DNA of 11,866 nucleotides from Candidatus Micrarchaeia archaeon (GTDB taxonomy: Archaea; Micrarchaeota; Micrarchaeia; Micrarchaeales; CABMGC01). The notes beneath the pieces were generated by a model, which was not told the DNA's origin, did no database searches, and was given only the letters and a program-made list of their open reading frames with translations. The stretch covers positions 1 to 11,866 of the forward strand of contig JBMFHL010000020.1 of assembly GCA_049976845.1 (NCBI GenBank), given 5' to 3'. Made by a program: the position numbers and the translations under genes. Numbering within the stretch: position 1 is the first letter of the stretch; each line of letters starts with the position of its first letter. Shown here piece by piece: positions 9,478 through 11,866 of the stretch.

Positions 9478-9929
9478 TTGCACACATCATAAGTTAAACT
9501 TCTTATAGAAGTTTGAGGTGATCTATCCGCAGGTTCCCCTACGGATACCTTGTTATGACTTAGCCCCCCTCATAGAATACTAGTTCGAAAGCACCATAAC
9601 GATGCTGCCTCACTAGCACCCCATTTGGATGACTTGACAGGCGGTGTGTGCAAGGAGCGGGGACATATTCACCGCTCGATGGTGACAAGCGATTACTAGG
9701 GATTCCAGCTTCATGAGGGTGAGTTTCAACCCTCAATCCGGACTTTGATTGGTTTTAGGGGATTGGCTTCTCCTCTCGGAGTTGCTGCCCATTGTACCAA
9801 CCTCTGTATGCCGCGTGTAGCCCTGGAGATTTGGGGCATACTGACGTGCCGTCGCCTTCTCCTTCCTCCTTTTTAAACAAAGGCGGTCCTAACAGAGTGC
9901 TAAGTTTATCTCTAAACTTTTAGCAACTG

Positions 9930-10430
9930 TCAGTGAAGGTCTCGTTCGTTACCGGGCATTTGAATGCGCTCAATGCGAATGCTAAAACCTTTTATAAGCG
10001 TAATAAGATTCCTTGGATTTAAGATCTTGGAACCTTTCGTATGTATATTTAGATTTTCAAGCATTAGTCCTTCGCTTGGACTTATGCCCTTTATTTCCGC
10101 GTACGTGCTGCTTCCTCCTCTGGAATCGAACATGCCTGCAACAAAATTTGCAGACAACTCATTCCTGTACTTGAAAATTCTGGATTCATTTTCCCTTATC
10201 TCCCTTATCCACTTAGCCAGCTTCGAATGATAGAAATGGGCTTCATAGGTTCCTTTGTCTTCGCTTATTATTATCTTGCTGGGCTCCACACCCAACTTGA
10301 CAGCGATTTCGACAAATTTTATCTCTATCTCTTGTATTTCAGTTTTTATCCCTATGTACCCTTTCTCATCCTTGCTGAGCCAAGCTAGGCCAGACAGGTA
10401 ACAGATTTCAGGTTTTAGTTTCGCTTTCAT
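9930..10430 (-). CDS. Intron-encoded degenerate double-motif LAGLIDADG-like protein
   Basis: Motif 1 YLSGLAWLSK, motif 2 FVAGMFDSRG, 85 aa apart, with YEAHFYHSKLAKWI between them. ATG at 10430 (alternative GTG at 10439). The genomic stop lies 18-20 nt inside 16S exon 2. Confidence 0.75.
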   Translation of the reverse strand: MKAKLKPEICYLSGLAWLSKDEKGYIGIKTEIQEIEIKFVEIAVKLGVEPSKIIISEDKGTYEAHFYHSKLAKWIREIRENESRIFKYRNELSANFVAGMFDSRGGSSTYAEIKGISPSEGLMLENLNIHTKGSKILNPRNLITLIKGFSIRIERIQMPGNERDLH

Positions 10431-10449
10431 AGCAAACACTCAAAATGCT
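9950..10449 (-). mobile_element. 500-nt archaeal BHB-type rRNA intron at 16S position ~1101/1102
   Basis: Removing 500 nt restores GGUUAAGUCCGGUAACGAACGAGACC. CCGGUAA occurs at both junctions (10455-10449 and 9955-9949). The intron termini pair (GCAUUUUGAGUGU / GCAUUCAAAUGC). Confidence 0.9.
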
Positions 10450-11531
10450 TACCGGACTTAACCGGACAGTTCACACCACGAACTGACGATCGCCATGCAC
10501 CACCTCTCGGCTCATCAGGTAAGGTCATTAGCCTGACCTTCATCTTGCCGTCGCTCCAGGTAATGTTCCCGACGTTGGATTCAATTAAACCGTAGCATCC
10601 ACCCCTTGTGTGCTCCCCCGCCAATTGCTTTAAGTTTCAACCTTGCGGCCGTACTCCCCAGGCGGCAGACTTAACAGTTTCCCTACGGTACTGCGCTCAC
10701 TCGTAGTTAGCGCAACACCAGAGTCTGCATAATTTACTGCTAGGGCTACTCGGGTATCTAATCCGATTCGTTCTCCTAGCCTTCGTCACTCACCGTCGGA
10801 TATGTTCTGGTCGAGCGCCTTCGCCACCGGTAGTCCTTATAGGATTACAGGATTTAACCCCTACCCCATAAGTACTCTCGACCTCACCCACTCCCTAGCC
10901 GAAAGGTATCTCGTGCAAGCATAGGCGTTGAGCACCTATATTTCACACAAGACTGTTTCAGCAGGCTACGGACGCTTTAAGCCCAATAGTTGTGGACACC
11001 ACTTGTGCCGCGGGTATTACCGTGGCGGCTGCCACCCGTCTTACCCAGCACTTATTCGCCAAGCTTACTAAACTTGGCAAAAGATTCACCGAAGTGAATC
11101 ACTCAGACTTCCCCCATCACGCTTACGCGCATTGTGGAGTTTTCGCGCCTGCTGCACGCCGTAGCGCTAGGGCCCTTGTCTCAGTGCCCTTCTCGGGGCT
11201 CCTACTCTCATAGCCCCTACGGGTCAAAGGTATGGTGGGCCGTTACCCCGCCATCTGCCTGATCCGACGCGGTCTCATTGTAAGGCGGAAACGCTGCATT
11301 TTGCGCACCTTTAAGCTACAGCCCCTTCCAGGATCTATAGCCTATGGAGTATTAGCCTCAGTTTCCCGAGGTTATCCTCCTCCTTACAGCAGATTGACCA
11401 CGCGTTACTGAGCCGTTTGCAGCCCAACGAAGCCGTTGAGCTAACTTGCATGGCTGTCGAAATCTGATAGCAGTGCCCTCCAGCAGCATCGACTGGAGTC
11501 AATAAAGATCTTGCCGCAAAAGCAAGAAAGC

Positions 11532-11565
11532 AATGCGAGTCTCTTTGCACTCCTCAAGACTACAT
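11532..11565 (-). other. 5' arm of the pre-16S processing stem (BHB)
   Basis: RNA AUGUAGUCUUGAGGA-GUGC-AAA-GAGACUCGCAUU pairs with 9477-9444: 15-bp outer helix, central helix GUGC/GCAA (one G.A mismatch), 3-nt bulges AAA and UAA. Confidence 0.85.
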
Positions 11566-11628
11566 CCAATTGCAAAAAGCAATTTTCACCCTAAACGTAA
11601 AAGATACAAAATGCATCCCAATAAAAAG

Positions 11629-11659
11629 TATATATAATATAAGGAGATACCTTTATAAT
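11629..11659 (-). promoter_or_regulatory. Candidate rRNA promoter TATA boxes
   Basis: TTATATATA (11637-11629) and ATTATAAA (11659-11652) lie upstream of the 16S leader stem. Confidence 0.4.
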
Positions 11660-11774
11660 CCTTGCGTAGATTTTTCAAATAATGGCATGCACAGTTTTTT
11701 CTTCATTTACTCTTTTTCTACTTATTATTAGCAAAGCTTAAAAATGCAATGACATATAACTAAATTGTGATAAT

Positions 11775-11866
11775 ATGAGAAGTTACAAGGGTAAATCTAT
11801 ATTAGTTTTATCTAACGCAGATCCAACTGTGCAAGGATGCCCAACGATGAAGCTGAATGAGAGCAG
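11775..11866 (+). CDS. Possible 5' end of a hypothetical protein (partial)
   Basis: MRSYKGKSILVLSNADPTVQGCPTMKLNES is open to the window edge; TTAAAAA at 11738-11744 and GTGA lie upstream; no recognisable motif. Confidence 0.3.
   Translation, partial: MRSYKGKSILVLSNADPTVQGCPTMKLNES

Larger units (their letters stand above)
9514..11499 (-). rRNA. rrs: 16S rRNA gene, intron-interrupted (exons ~11499-10450 and 9949-~9514; ~1486 nt spliced)
   Basis: Conserved blocks on the minus strand: 5' ACUCCAGUCGAUGCUGCUGGAG, GGCAGCCGCCACGGUAAUAC, AUUAGAUACCC, GAAACUUAAAGCAAUUGGCGGGGG, GCACACACCGCC and h45 GUAGGGGAACCUGCGG...GAUCACCUC. Ends are approximate. Confidence 0.98.

Noticed and set aside
3036..10230. 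Other short overlapping ORFs (3036, 4121, 5797, 6119, 6500, 6537, 7010, 7540, 8108, 8331, 8858, 9964)
   Set aside because: All overlap well-supported genes in another frame or strand and lack motifs.
9950..10449. Group I or group II intron
   Set aside because: The ORF fills nearly all 500 nt, leaving no room for a ribozyme core; no terminal G or GUGYG/AY boundaries.
9949..10455. 7-bp direct repeat plus terminal inverted repeats read as an IS/MITE with target-site duplication
   Set aside because: The ORF is not transposase-like, the stem relies on G-U pairs valid only in the RNA of the rRNA strand, and the repeat is fully explained by BHB geometry.
9514..11499. Additional introns at other known 16S sites (e.g. 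548, 781, 908, 1205, 1213, 1391)
   Set aside because: Conserved blocks at those sites are contiguous and the spliced length (~1486 nt) is normal.
10427..11550. ORFs 10427-10624, 10992-11213 and 11335-11550
   Set aside because: They lie in the 16S rRNA. Only the last codons of 10427-10624 (KHFECLL) matter, as the tail of the circular-intron ORF.
1..11866. CRISPR array or tandem repeat array
   Set aside because: No regularly spaced repeats seen.

Overview
Archaeal core-genome window, most likely DPANN/Micrarchaeota (inferred from the divergent 16S sequence and gene content). Left to right: a partial, N-terminally short NFACT-R (Rqc2/RqcH-like) gene missed by the ORF track, secE, ftsZ, deoxyhypusine synthase, a VKOR-family membrane protein, a sulfatase-like alkaline-phosphatase-superfamily protein, a DUF929-like CxxC thioredoxin-fold protein, an HTH-CBS regulator, archaeal SAM synthetase, rps10, EF-1alpha, and a stand-alone 16S rRNA gene (minus strand, ~9514-11499) bracketed by a bulge-helix-bulge (BHB) processing stem. 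The highlight is a 500-nt BHB-type intron (9950-10449) at 16S position ~1101/1102 (E. coli numbering). It carries a LAGLIDADG-like ORF that lacks both catalytic acidic residues and has no stop codon within the linear intron. If the excised intron circularises, the ORF covers the whole circle and ends at a UGA overlapping its own AUG. The 16S also has compensatory swaps at near-invariant pairs (18-917, 1404-1497) and an altered 3' tail.
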